NCBI GenBank assembly: GCA_021787035.1
Contig: JAJYMM010000097.1
Span: 1-63,714 of the forward strand
From: Actinomycetes bacterium
GTDB taxonomy: Bacteria; Actinomycetota; Acidimicrobiia; Acidimicrobiales; Palsa-688
Length of the DNA: 63,714 nt
Direction of reading: 5' to 3'
This document shows positions 1-9,247 of this stretch, one piece after another. Made by a program: the position numbers and the translations under genes. Each line of letters begins with the position of its first letter. Position 1 is the first letter of the stretch. The notes under the pieces were generated by a model. The model did not search any database. It worked only from the letters and a program-made list of their open reading frames with translations, and was not told the origin of the DNA.

Positions 1-45
1 GGTTACACGCCGCTACCCGCGCACGCGTTCGAGCCCGCCGGTTTG

Positions 46-150
46 ACGACCGGCCCGCAGACGACCGGCCCGCAGACGACCGGCCCGCAGACGACCGGCC
101 CGCAGATGACCGGCCCGCAGATGACCGGCCCGCAGATGACCTGTCGGCAC
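46..150. repeat. 15-bp tandem repeat, about 6.5 copies (ACGACCGGCCCGCAG x4, ATGACCGGCCCGCAG x3); it spans the menH start region
   Basis: Direct reading of positions 46-150. The last three units each carry an in-frame ATG. Translation gives TTGPQ/MTGPQ pentapeptides. Confidence 0.9.
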
Positions 151-906
151 CCGCTCACACTCGTGGCCCTCCACGGGTTCACCCAGACCGGGGCATCATG
201 GGGACCCCTAGCCACCCGTCTTGGCGGCTCCTATCGGCTGCTAGCCCCCGACGCCCCAGGCCATGGCCGAGCGTCAGCCCTGCGGGCAGGCCTGTGGGAA
301 ACCGCCGACCTTCTCGACGGCACGGTCGTCGCCGATGGGGGCAGCGTCGCGGGCTGGGTCGGCTATTCGATGGGCGGCCGGATGGCGCTCCATGTTGCCC
401 TTGCGCACCCCCGAGCCGTACCCAAGTTGGCGCTCATCAGCACCTCACCTGGCATCGAGGACGACATCGAACGGGAAGCCCGGCACGCGGCCGACGAAGC
501 GCTGGCTAAGCGCATCGAGGAGGGAGGCCCCCAAGGCCTCGGTCGCTTCCTCGCCGACTGGCTCGCCCAGCCGCTCTTCGCCACCCTCCCGCGCGAGCGG
601 GCCGGCCTGGACGCGCGCCTTTCCAATTCGCCTGCTGGCCTCGCCTCTAGCCTTCGTCTCGCCGGCGCCGGCGCGCAGGAGCCCCTGTGGGGCCGCCTAC
701 CTGAGCTTGGCCGGCGCAAGCTGCCGGTACTGCTCCTCGCCGGCGAGCTGGACCGCAAGTACTGCGAACTGGCATCTGCCACCGCAGAGGCGATCGGTCC
801 AACCGCAACGGTGCGCATCGTCTCCGGTGCTGGCCACGCCTGTCACCTGGAACGTCCCGACGAGGTAGCCGGCGAGCTCGCGCGCTTCTTCGACGCCGGC
901 GACTAG
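106..906 (+). CDS. menH: 2-succinyl-6-hydroxy-2,4-cyclohexadiene-1-carboxylate synthase (alpha/beta hydrolase, MenH)
   Basis: ORF 43..906 has an HGF...GYSMGG nucleophile elbow in an alpha/beta-hydrolase fold, next to menA and menE. The start is ambiguous: TTG at 43, or ATG at 106, 121 or 136 inside the repeat. Confidence 0.75.
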   Translation: MTGPQMTGPQMTCRHPLTLVALHGFTQTGASWGPLATRLGGSYRLLAPDAPGHGRASALRAGLWETADLLDGTVVADGGSVAGWVGYSMGGRMALHVALAHPRAVPKLALISTSPGIEDDIEREARHAADEALAKRIEEGGPQGLGRFLADWLAQPLFATLPRERAGLDARLSNSPAGLASSLRLAGAGAQEPLWGRLPELGRRKLPVLLLAGELDRKYCELASATAEAIGPTATVRIVSGAGHACHLERPDEVAGELARFFDAGD

Positions 907-915
907 GGCCTCGCC

Positions 916-1818
916 CTACAGGGCCAGCCCAGCGGCAAGGAGTAGCCCGAGCACGAGCTGGGCCTGCCCCGTCGCCCCGAGGACCTCCACGAGCGAGCGG
1001 CCCTCGGCGCCAGCAAGGACCTTGCGCGCCGGCACCCATGACACTGCGAGCGACCCGAGACCGAGGAGCGCCCACGGGCGCATGGCAGCCACGGGCACCA
1101 CGAGCAGGGCGGCGCCAGCGACGCAGCCGCAGTACAACCATCTTGTCCGGGCGGCGCCCAGCCGCACGGCCAGCGTTCGCTTGCCGGAGGCAGCGTCACC
1201 AGCTATGTCCCGCAGGTTGTTCACGACTAGGAGGGCGACAGCGACGAGCCCAACGGGTAGAGCGGCCAGCACCTCGAGCGTCGTCACCTTTCCCGTCTGA
1301 ACATAGGCCGTCCCAACGGTCGCGACGAGGCCAAAGAACACGAACACCGAGAGCTCGCCCAACCCCGTGTACCCGTACGGTTTAGGCCCACCCGTGTAAA
1401 GCCAGGCGGCGGCAACGCTGGCAAGGCCCACAGCTACGAGCCACCACCCGGCGACAGCAGCCAGCGACAGCCCCGCGGCCCCGGCGACAGAAAATGCGAG
1501 CAGCGCCGCCCTCTTGACAGCATCTGGGGTGGCCAGCCCTGATGCCACGAGCCTCACCGGCCCAACCCTGGCGGCATCCGTGCCCCTCACCCCGTCGCTG
1601 TAGTCGTTCGCATAATTGACGCCCACTTGAAGCGCCAGGGACACGACACCCGCCAGCAGCGCCCTCCACCAGATGGCGTCGCCATGGGCAGCAGCAGCGC
1701 CCGTGCCGACGAGTACCGGAACGAGCGACGCGGGTAGCGTCCGGGGGCGAGCCCCGGCAACCCAGGGGTACCTGACCGACTTGGCTCGTGACTGGTCGAC
1801 CACGGCGGCCGACCTTAC
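916..1818 (-). CDS. menA: 1,4-dihydroxy-2-naphthoate octaprenyltransferase (UbiA family), MenA
   Basis: The C-terminal ~300 aa of ORF 916..2451 has a UbiA prenyltransferase fold (NDxxD-like motif, multiple TMs). The N-terminal 210 aa of the ORF is an implausible GC-rich extension. The start is placed at the GTG near ...VRSAAVVDQ. Confidence 0.7.
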   Translation of the reverse strand, partial: VRSAAVVDQSRAKSVRYPWVAGARPRTLPASLVPVLVGTGAAAAHGDAIWWRALLAGVVSLALQVGVNYANDYSDGVRGTDAARVGPVRLVASGLATPDAVKRAALLAFSVAGAAGLSLAAVAGWWLVAVGLASVAAAWLYTGGPKPYGYTGLGELSVFVFFGLVATVGTAYVQTGKVTTLEVLAALPVGLVAVALLVVNNLRDIAGDAASGKRTLAVRLGAARTRWLYCGCVAGAALLVVPVAAMRPWALLGLGSLAVSWVPARKVLAGAEGRSLVEVLGATGQAQLVLGLLLAAGLAL

Positions 1819-2022
1819 CCTCACAATGGCGCCGCTCGCGGGCAAGGCGTTCAGCGCGCCGTCGCGCGACCGGCCCTGACACTCGCCGGCGTGACCGCTC
1901 GCCGTCGCGAAGCGGGCCTGCAGCCTCGCCGGCCCCAGTCGTGGGCTCCTGATCGCGCGCCGATATCCGCCCGGGGCCCTCGAGGCGGGCCAACCGAGGG
2001 CGGTCTCGGCCAGACTGAACCC

Positions 2023-3174
2023 ATGGCCGAAGTCGTCGCCCTCGACCTTCCCGGTGGCCCCGGCTTTGTTTCCGCGCTCGAGGAGGCGTGGCGGCGCGGG
2101 CATGCCGTCGCGCCCCTGGACCGCAGGCTCGCGCCCCCGGCTCGCCGGCGCCTCCTGGCCGTTCTCCGCCCCAAGTGGGTTGTCGACCAGCACGGCACGC
2201 ATGCCTGCCCCGATGCGCAGCCGACCGAGGAGGGCGATGCCCTGGTCGTAGCCACCAGCGGGAGCACCGGCCAGCCCAAAGCGGCGGTCCTGACCCACGA
2301 GGCGGTCGCCGCCTCGGCGAGCGCGACTTCGAAGCGCCTGGGCGTCGACCCGGCGTTCCACCGCTGGTTGGCCTGCCTCCCCCTCTCCCACATCGGAGGC
2401 CTGGCCGTCATAACCCGTGCGATCCTGACGGGTACCCCTGTACGCGTCCACGACGGCTTCGAAGCCGAACGCGTGGAGGCCGAGGCAGGTGGCAACCAGG
2501 ACCTGCTCGTGTCCCTCGTTCCGACCGCCCTCGCGCGCGTCGACGCGAGCCGCTTCGCAAGGATCCTCCTCGGGGGGTCTGCCCCGCCAAGAGGGCTTCC
2601 CCCAAACGTCGTCACCACCTACGGCATGACCGAAACGGGCAGTGGCGTCGTTTATGACGGAGTGCCCCTGGAAGGCGTCGAGGTAGCGCTGTCACCAACC
2701 GACGAGGTGCTCCTCCGAGGGCCGACCCTTCTTCGCGCCTACCGGGACGGGAGCGTGCCGCTCGACCGAGATGGCTGGCTTGCAACCGGTGATGCCGGGC
2801 ACTTCGACGCTGCCGGCAGGCTCCATGTTGATGGTCGGATCCGAGACATGGTCGTGACCGGAGGAGAAAATGTCTGGCCCGCGGCCGTTGAGGATGTCCT
2901 CCGCCACCACGAAGCCGTGTTGGAGGTGGCCGTATCCAGCAGGCCCGATCCCGAGTGGGGAGAAAGGCTGGTGGCTTGTGTCGTCCCTATGGACCACGCC
3001 TCGCCTCCCACGCTCAGCGAGCTGCGCTCGCTCGTACGCGACCACCTAGCCCCTTTCGCCGCCCCCAAGGAGCTCGTCCTCATGGGGAGCATCCCGAGGA
3101 CGGGCAACGGGAAGGTGCGCCGGGAGGAACTGCGCCGGCTCCTCTCGGCCGGTCAGGAAGCTGAGCCCGGTTAG
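2023..3174 (+). CDS. menE: o-succinylbenzoate-CoA ligase (short actinobacterial form), MenE
   Basis: Adenylate-forming enzyme motifs are present (TSGSTGQPK; YGMTETG; GRIRDMVVTGGENVWP; NGKVRR). The start is taken at the internal MAEVV (ORF 1891..3174). Confidence 0.8.
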   Translation: MAEVVALDLPGGPGFVSALEEAWRRGHAVAPLDRRLAPPARRRLLAVLRPKWVVDQHGTHACPDAQPTEEGDALVVATSGSTGQPKAAVLTHEAVAASASATSKRLGVDPAFHRWLACLPLSHIGGLAVITRAILTGTPVRVHDGFEAERVEAEAGGNQDLLVSLVPTALARVDASRFARILLGGSAPPRGLPPNVVTTYGMTETGSGVVYDGVPLEGVEVALSPTDEVLLRGPTLLRAYRDGSVPLDRDGWLATGDAGHFDAAGRLHVDGRIRDMVVTGGENVWPAAVEDVLRHHEAVLEVAVSSRPDPEWGERLVACVVPMDHASPPTLSELRSLVRDHLAPFAAPKELVLMGSIPRTGNGKVRREELRRLLSAGQEAEPG

Positions 3175-3181
3175 GTGCCAG

Positions 3182-4360
3182 CTAGTTCGATTGGGCTGGC
3201 GGCGCACCCGGCGGGCTGAAGGGGAGCACCGACGCAGGCGAACCGTCACCTGTCTTCCTCGAGAGCGTGTCCCCCACCTGCGCTGCGCCGCTGCGGACGA
3301 TGTTCAGTATCGAGCTCGCTTGGGTGGCCAGGCCAGCCACGAGCTCGCCCAAGCCCTCGCTCCCGTTCAATATCGTCACGTTGGCCTGGCGTAGCTCGCT
3401 CGCAGCGGCCGCCAGGATTTCGGGCATCCGCTCAACTAGCAGCCTTTCCAGCATGACCCCGCCTTGAGTGGCAGTGGCGTCGGCCTGGAGACGGGTGGCG
3501 TCGGCCTGGGCACTAGCGAGGGTACGGGTTTTCGCCGCCTCTGCCTCCGCCGGCCGGACGACCTCGGCGACCAGTTGCTGGCGGCGCAGCTCAGCTTGAG
3601 CCTCCGCGACCTTGGCCTGTTCGCTCAACACCTCTTGTTGAGCCTTGGCCTGCGCCAAGGGCCCGGACTGGGCGGCCGTTTGCTGTGCCTGGTCGATCTG
3701 TGCCTGGTACTGGGCCTTGGCGACGGACGTCTCCTGCTGGTACTCGGCCTGGTTTCGCTCAGACTCCTGCCTCGCCTTAGAAGCTGCCTGGTCAGCCTGC
3801 GCCTGGGCGATCTGGGCCGCCTGGTTGACGGCAGCGACGTGCGGCTGCGAAAGCGCCCTTATGTACCCAGCCTGGCCATCGTCAATGGACTCGATCTGGA
3901 ACGAGTCCACGACCAAGCCGAGCTTGGCCATCTCGGGCTTCGAAGCGTCGAGTATCTCAGAGGCCAGCCTCTGGCGCTCACGGATGATCTCCTCGACGGT
4001 CATCGACCCAACTATCGATCGCAGGTGGCCAGCGAATATGCGACCGACCAACATGGGCATGAACTTCTGGTCCTGGAGGAACCTCCGCCCCGCGTTGGCT
4101 ATCGACTCACTGTCGTCACCCACCTTGAAGGCAATGACGGCCCTTACCTGGAGGGTGATCCCCTGCTGGGTCACGCAAGGCTCGGCTACCTCCGCCTCCT
4201 GCATGGCAAGAGTCAGGAAGGAGATCTTGTTGCGTATGGGCATAGCGAGGGCACCATGACCAACGACGATCCGGAAAGGGGCCTCGCCCCTGTTTTTGCT
4301 CCCCGAGATCAGCATCGCCTCATTGGGCGACGGAACGTGCCATCCGAGCACCTCTACCAC
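3182..4360 (-). CDS. SPFH/band-7 flotillin-like protein with a long Ala/Gln-rich coiled-coil
   Basis: N-terminal SPFH domain followed by an extended AQ-rich heptad region. An nfeD partner lies immediately upstream on the same strand. Confidence 0.8.
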   Translation of the reverse strand: MVEVLGWHVPSPNEAMLISGSKNRGEAPFRIVVGHGALAMPIRNKISFLTLAMQEAEVAEPCVTQQGITLQVRAVIAFKVGDDSESIANAGRRFLQDQKFMPMLVGRIFAGHLRSIVGSMTVEEIIRERQRLASEILDASKPEMAKLGLVVDSFQIESIDDGQAGYIRALSQPHVAAVNQAAQIAQAQADQAASKARQESERNQAEYQQETSVAKAQYQAQIDQAQQTAAQSGPLAQAKAQQEVLSEQAKVAEAQAELRRQQLVAEVVRPAEAEAAKTRTLASAQADATRLQADATATQGGVMLERLLVERMPEILAAAASELRQANVTILNGSEGLGELVAGLATQASSILNIVRSGAAQVGDTLSRKTGDGSPASVLPFSPPGAPPAQSN

Positions 4361-4384
4361 CTTCTCTCTAGAGCGGCGCCCTCT

Positions 4385-4600
4385 CTACAGCGGCGCCACC
4401 GACACCGACCGCGCCCCAAGGTTGGCCATTACGACAACCTCGGTGCCAGCATCGATCTGCTCGTCAGCATACGCTATGTAGGCCTCCGTGCCGCCCCTGA
4501 TCCGTACGACTACCTCGCCTGCCCTCGCCCCGCCCGGTATCGGCACGCTCACGCGACCGACCTTTCCAACGACCCGGTCGGCTTCGGCGTAACTCGACAT
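4385..4600 (-). CDS. NfeD-like OB-fold protein (short form)
   Basis: 71-aa beta-rich protein (VVVRIRGGTEAYIAYADEQIDAGTEVVV), typical of an NfeD C-terminal domain encoded with flotillin. Confidence 0.65.
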   Translation of the reverse strand: MSSYAEADRVVGKVGRVSVPIPGGARAGEVVVRIRGGTEAYIAYADEQIDAGTEVVVMANLGARSVSVAPL

Positions 4601-4723
4601 TTGCTAAAGACTATTGCGGCCGGCTCCCCAAGCCCCGGGCCCCAGGTCTGGAACGTGCCCCGGGGGCGCCAAGAGCTACGCCCGTAATTTGGGCGCCAGG
4701 TCCCTCCTCTATCATCACCGGCG

Positions 4724-5647
4724 GTGCAAGGGGTATCGCTAACTGCGCTTTGGACGGCCGCCCAGCGCGCCCAGGAGTCCGCGAGACCAGACCGCCTCGT
4801 CGAGGACCCGCTTGCGGAGACCTTGGCCGGGCCTGAGGGGGCCCGGATCATGGAGATACTGCAAGCAGGCGAACCACCGAGCCCGACCGTTGCCATCCGC
4901 ACCCGTTTTTTCGACGATCGCATCGTGGACCGGACCTCCGCCGGCACCGGGCTAGAGGGCACCGGGCTAGAGGGCACCGGGCGAGAAGGCACCGGGCGAG
5001 AAGGCCCCGCCCGGCAGGTCGTGCTCCTCGGGGCGGGCATGGACAGCCGTGCGTTCCGTCTGGGCCTCCTCCCGCACGTAACAGTCTTCGAGCTCGACCA
5101 CCCAGAGCTGCTCCGGCTGAAGGACCAAAGGTTGGAGCGCGCTGGCGCCAAGCCAACCTGCGAGCGCCGGAGCGTCCCCTGCGACCTCGGCGGCGCCTGG
5201 GTGGTCGAGCTGTTATCTTCGGGCTTCTCGACCAAAGAAGCTTCTGTTTTCGTCGCCGAAGGCCTCCTCATGTACCTGGACGAACGCGAAGTTGACGGGC
5301 TGCTCGACGTGCTCGGCACTCTCTCGGTACCGGGCAGTACCCTGCTCGCCGACGTGTGCGGCCGGTCTCTCAGGTACTCGCCCTACATGACAGAGTGGTT
5401 CGCTGGCCTCGAACGTGCCGGGATGGCCTGGCGTTTCGCGACCGACGAGCCAGAAGTGCTCCTAGCAGAGCACGGCTGGGAAGCAGACGTTGTGCGCTAT
5501 GGCGACGAACGCGCCCACTTCGGGCGCTGGCCTGGGCCCAAGGTGGACCGGAGCAACCTGGCCTGGCCGCAAAGCTACCTGGTAGAAGGCACACGGGCTC
5601 ACGTCGAGCCGGGGAAGGCGCAGGCGGGCCAGCCCGTCTTGGGCTGA
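4724..5647 (+). CDS. SAM-dependent methyltransferase, LCM / Rv0726c-like family
   Basis: Motifs IRTRFFDD...QVVLLGAGMDSRAFRL, characteristic of the mycobacterial putative O-methyltransferase family (PF04072). Confidence 0.75.
   Translation: MQGVSLTALWTAAQRAQESARPDRLVEDPLAETLAGPEGARIMEILQAGEPPSPTVAIRTRFFDDRIVDRTSAGTGLEGTGLEGTGREGTGREGPARQVVLLGAGMDSRAFRLGLLPHVTVFELDHPELLRLKDQRLERAGAKPTCERRSVPCDLGGAWVVELLSSGFSTKEASVFVAEGLLMYLDEREVDGLLDVLGTLSVPGSTLLADVCGRSLRYSPYMTEWFAGLERAGMAWRFATDEPEVLLAEHGWEADVVRYGDERAHFGRWPGPKVDRSNLAWPQSYLVEGTRAHVEPGKAQAGQPVLG
4943..5002. repeat. 15-bp tandem repeat x4 inside the methyltransferase CDS (GGCACCGGGCTAGAG x2, GGCACCGGGCGAGAA x2)
   Basis: Direct reading. It encodes the in-frame sequence GTGLEGTGLEGTGREGTGREG. 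Confidence 0.9.
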
Positions 5648-5685
5648 GCCGGGCTACTCGGGCGGAGCGCCGTTAGCGTAGAGCA

Positions 5686-7713
5686 GTGCCGGCAACGAAC
5701 CGCCTAGCCCTGGAAGCCAGCCCTTACCTCCGCCAACACGCGAGCAACCCCGTCGATTGGTACCCCTGGGGCCCCGAGGCTTTCGCGGCGGCCAAGGAGC
5801 GGGACGTTCCGGTCCTCATCTCCATCGGTTACTCCGCCTGCCACTGGTGCCACGTGATGGCCCACGAGAGCTTCGAGGACGTGGACGTCGCACGGGCGCT
5901 AAACGACGGCTTCGTGGCGGTCAAGGTCGACCGCGAGGAGCGCCCAGACGTGGACTCCCTCTACATGACGGCCGTGCAGCTCATGAGCGGCTCCGGCGGG
6001 TGGCCCATGACGGTGGTGGCGATGCCCGACGGCAGGCCGTTCTGGGGTGGCACCTACCTACCCAGGCAGACGTTCCTCCGCCTTTTGGCGCGCGTGACCG
6101 AGCTCTGGCGCGCCCAGCGCGATGCGCTCGAACACGACGCTGACGCCCTCTCCCAAGCGCTTCGGCGCGAGGCGACGTCGCTCTCGCGGGCCGCTCCCGG
6201 CCCGACCACGTACGGGGCGGGGAACGAGCCCGCGTGGGGAGGCGCCCTCTCCGCTTCTGCCCAGGCCGTGATCGCACGCCACGACGCGGAGTGGGGGGGC
6301 AGCGCTGGCGCGCCGAAGTTCCCATCGCCCCCCACCTTGGAGGCGCTCACCCGCCACTTCTGGCGCACAGGTGACCAACTGGCGGAGAGCGCCTTGCGCC
6401 GGACCCTCGACGCCATGAGCTCTGGAGGTATCTACGACCACATCGGCGGGGGCTTCGCCCGCTACAGCACCGACAGGTTCTGGCTCGTCCCGCACTTCGA
6501 GAAGATGCTCTACGACAACGCCCTCCTAGTGGCCGCCTACACCCACGCCTGGCAGCTCACCGGCGAGCCTCGCTACCGCCAGGTGGTCCAAGAGACGGCC
6601 GCTTACATGCTCGCCCCGCCGATGCGCCTCCCGCAGGGCGCGTGGGCGGCGTCCGAAGACGCCGACAGCGAAGGGCACGAGGGGCGCTTTTACACCTGGT
6701 CCTTCGACGAGCTGGTCGGTGTCGCCGGCCGGGAGGTTGCGGAGTGGTACGGGGCGACCCCGGAGGGGAACTTCGAGGGGAGCAACGTCCTATGGCGCCC
6801 AGGCCTGGGGCCGGTCGAACGCCCACCCGAGATCGACGATGCTCGGCGCAAGCTCGCAGAGAGGCGCGCAACGCGTGAGCGCCCAGGGCTCGACTCCAAG
6901 GTGCTCACAGAGTGGAACGCCATGGCCATCTCGTCCCTCGCCTATGCCGGCAGGGCCTTCGGGCGGCCCGAGTGGGTGGAGGCCGCGGCCGAGACCGCCG
7001 CCTTGCTCATGGGCGAGCTACGCCGTGACGACGGGCGCTGGCTCAGGAGCTGGCATCCCGGCTCGGCCGCCACGCGCAGGCACCTCGCCGTCTGTTCCGA
7101 CTACGCCTGGCTCGTGGACGCCTTCACCCGCCTCGGCGAGGCCACGGGCGAGGCCAAATGGACCGATGCCGCCGGCGAAGCGGCATCGGGGCTTGCCGAG
7201 CTGTTCTGGGACGAAGCAGACGGCGGCTTTTTCACCTCCGGCACTGACGCCGAACGCCTGGTCGCACGCCAGAAGGACGTCTTTGACGGCGCCGTGCCCG
7301 CCGCCAGCTCGGTTGCGTCCCTTGCACTCGCCCGCCTCGGGGAGCTCACCGGGGAACCCCGTTTCGGATCCCTGGCGGCGTCGGCCCTCGACCTAGCTGG
7401 GCCGGCTCTCCAGAAGTCGCCGGGCGCGTTGTGCTCGCTCGCCTTGGTGGCCGATTACCTCTCCTCGCCGCGGCGCGAAGTGGTGGTGGCCTCGTGCGAC
7501 CCCTCCTTCGTGCGCCCGGCCTGGGAGCGCTACCTTCCCGACACCGTGCTCGCCTGGTGCCAGCCCTACGGCTCCCCAGATGCCAGGAGCCCGCTCTGGG
7601 AGGGGAGAGACGGGCAGAGCGCCGCTGGCCTAGCCTTCGTCTGCGAGGCCTACCAATGCCGTCTGCCCGTAGGAAGCCCAGATGAGCTCGGCCTTTTGCT
7701 CGACGGGCGCTAG
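5686..7713 (+). CDS. Thioredoxin-domain protein, YyaL/DUF255 family (N-acylglucosamine-2-epimerase-like C-terminus)
   Basis: N-terminal NPVDWYPWG...SACHWCHVM thioredoxin-like motif plus a long alpha/alpha-toroid region. The protein is 675 aa. Confidence 0.8.
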   Translation: MPATNRLALEASPYLRQHASNPVDWYPWGPEAFAAAKERDVPVLISIGYSACHWCHVMAHESFEDVDVARALNDGFVAVKVDREERPDVDSLYMTAVQLMSGSGGWPMTVVAMPDGRPFWGGTYLPRQTFLRLLARVTELWRAQRDALEHDADALSQALRREATSLSRAAPGPTTYGAGNEPAWGGALSASAQAVIARHDAEWGGSAGAPKFPSPPTLEALTRHFWRTGDQLAESALRRTLDAMSSGGIYDHIGGGFARYSTDRFWLVPHFEKMLYDNALLVAAYTHAWQLTGEPRYRQVVQETAAYMLAPPMRLPQGAWAASEDADSEGHEGRFYTWSFDELVGVAGREVAEWYGATPEGNFEGSNVLWRPGLGPVERPPEIDDARRKLAERRATRERPGLDSKVLTEWNAMAISSLAYAGRAFGRPEWVEAAAETAALLMGELRRDDGRWLRSWHPGSAATRRHLAVCSDYAWLVDAFTRLGEATGEAKWTDAAGEAASGLAELFWDEADGGFFTSGTDAERLVARQKDVFDGAVPAASSVASLALARLGELTGEPRFGSLAASALDLAGPALQKSPGALCSLALVADYLSSPRREVVVASCDPSFVRPAWERYLPDTVLAWCQPYGSPDARSPLWEGRDGQSAAGLAFVCEAYQCRLPVGSPDELGLLLDGR

Positions 7714-7822
7714 ACATGCCGGCCAGATGTCACAAATGCCCCTAGCGTGCCGGCACTTTCCTGCTGGTATCCACCAATTCGTGGCTCGGAGCGGGCACCA
7801 TTGAGAGGGATGGCTGAGCTAG

Positions 7823-8491
7823 ATGTCAGCTAGTGCAGGTTCGGTTGCCCGAAAGTTCCGCCGGCTGCTCGACACGCCGGGGGCGCAGCTACGCCTCATG
7901 GTCCTTTCGACCGGTGGCCACCACTGCGTCGGCGTCGACCTCGAGTCGGGCGCGCTCGTCCGAGCCTGGAGCTTCGCGGCGGTTGACCAGCGCATCTCGC
8001 CCTACGACCTCGTCGATGTCACTGTCGGTGGCGGCCCGGACCTCGTGCCCGACCCCACGGAGCCCGATGCCCTGGTGATCTCTGGGCCGCCCTCGTACGC
8101 CGGGCAGCTGACCGGCAGGCGGGCGGCACGGCTGATGCGCCCGCTGCTGCACCCCGAGAAGGTCCCCCTGCTCGGCTTCCACGGCCCGAGCGTGCCGTTT
8201 TGGGAGCGCCGGCCCGACCACCCGTCGGTGGCGCTCGCTCAACCCGAGGGGGCCATTACGGTGACCGCAGATCCCGAGCGAACAGCGTCTGGGGGCATGT
8301 GGTGCCACTTCGCGTGGGGGCGGAGGCCCCAGGTCCTAGCCTGCGCAGACCCGCGCCTCGCGGCTTGGATGGAGCGCACAGGACGAGACCGCGCCACCGT
8401 GCACGAAGGCACCTACCTCGTCGTGGCGCTCGAGCCACCGGTAGCGGGCCAGTGCCACAAGGTCGTCGAGTCCCTGGTCCCGCGGCGCTAG
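7823..8491 (+). CDS. hypothetical protein
   Basis: 222-aa ORF with no recognisable motif. Codon usage is consistent with its neighbours. Confidence 0.4.
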   Translation: MSASAGSVARKFRRLLDTPGAQLRLMVLSTGGHHCVGVDLESGALVRAWSFAAVDQRISPYDLVDVTVGGGPDLVPDPTEPDALVISGPPSYAGQLTGRRAARLMRPLLHPEKVPLLGFHGPSVPFWERRPDHPSVALAQPEGAITVTADPERTASGGMWCHFAWGRRPQVLACADPRLAAWMERTGRDRATVHEGTYLVVALEPPVAGQCHKVVESLVPRR

Positions 8492-8539
8492 GGGCGAGGC
8501 CCCGAGCCATGAGGGGCCGAGACCCGGCGTAGGAGGGGC

Positions 8540-9220
8540 CTAGACGGACCCCGAGGCCAACCTCTCCGCCATCGCCCAGCCAAAAGCGATGACCGCGTCC
8601 CGGCGCTTCCTGTCGAGGCCAGCCATTAGCTCTACCACCTGGGGGTCGATGTCGGAACTGTCCTCCGGCTCGTAGTCGAGGACGGGCGCGGGGGACCCGT
8701 CACCCTTCACCACGAACGTCCGGTCGTCAACGCGGCCCTCGACCCCGAAGCGCTTCGCCAGGCGTCGTGACCAAGCTCTTTCCTCGCCGGAGACCTTGTA
8801 GCCCGGGCGCGGGCAAATATCCTCGAGGCCCCCGAACGCAGAGAAGCCGCCCGGCTCGCGCAGCCTTGTGGCCACGAGGACGTCTTCGTCGGGGAAGGCC
8901 AGCACGGCCTTTCGGAACTGGTCGGCACGGAGCGCCTCCAGCACACCCCCCCGCTCGGGGGAACGCCTGACCGACACCAAGCCCCAAAGGATGCATGGGG
9001 TACCGCCTATGCGCTCCAACGTGCAAAACGAAAATCCCTGCAACTGGCCGCCGGAACGTACCTGAGTAATGAGCACCCACTCGTCACGCTGCTTGGACAG
9101 CAACCCGATGTCCAAACCGGCGGGCCCGTCGGCGACGATGTCGGCCATGTCCGCCAACTCGCCGTCAGAGAGCGCTGTGCAGTCCTTCGTCTCGACCTCA
9201 AAGCTCATGTCCGCTGTCAC
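8540..9220 (-). CDS. hypothetical protein
   Basis: 226-aa ORF with no recognisable motif. It lies immediately downstream of dnaE on the same strand. Confidence 0.4.
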   Translation of the reverse strand: MTADMSFEVETKDCTALSDGELADMADIVADGPAGLDIGLLSKQRDEWVLITQVRSGGQLQGFSFCTLERIGGTPCILWGLVSVRRSPERGGVLEALRADQFRKAVLAFPDEDVLVATRLREPGGFSAFGGLEDICPRPGYKVSGEERAWSRRLAKRFGVEGRVDDRTFVVKGDGSPAPVLDYEPEDSSDIDPQVVELMAGLDRKRRDAVIAFGWAMAERLASGSV

Positions 9221-9247
9221 TCCTCACTGCTAGGACCAGGTTAAATG

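Noticed and set aside
20-45. tRNA-like TTCGAGC motif at the window start
   Set aside because: The flanking bases cannot form a T-stem or acceptor stem. No cloverleaf can be drawn.
263-1199. Multiple overlapping ORFs (198..509, 263..868, 363..818, 647..1141, 903..1199, etc.)
   Set aside because: These are out-of-frame shadows of menH and menA with no motifs and biased low-complexity composition.
916-2451. 511-aa ORF as a full-length protein
   Set aside because: Only the C-terminal ~300 aa is MenA. The N-terminal 210 aa is Arg/Gly-rich GC-frame noise that overlaps menE on the other strand.
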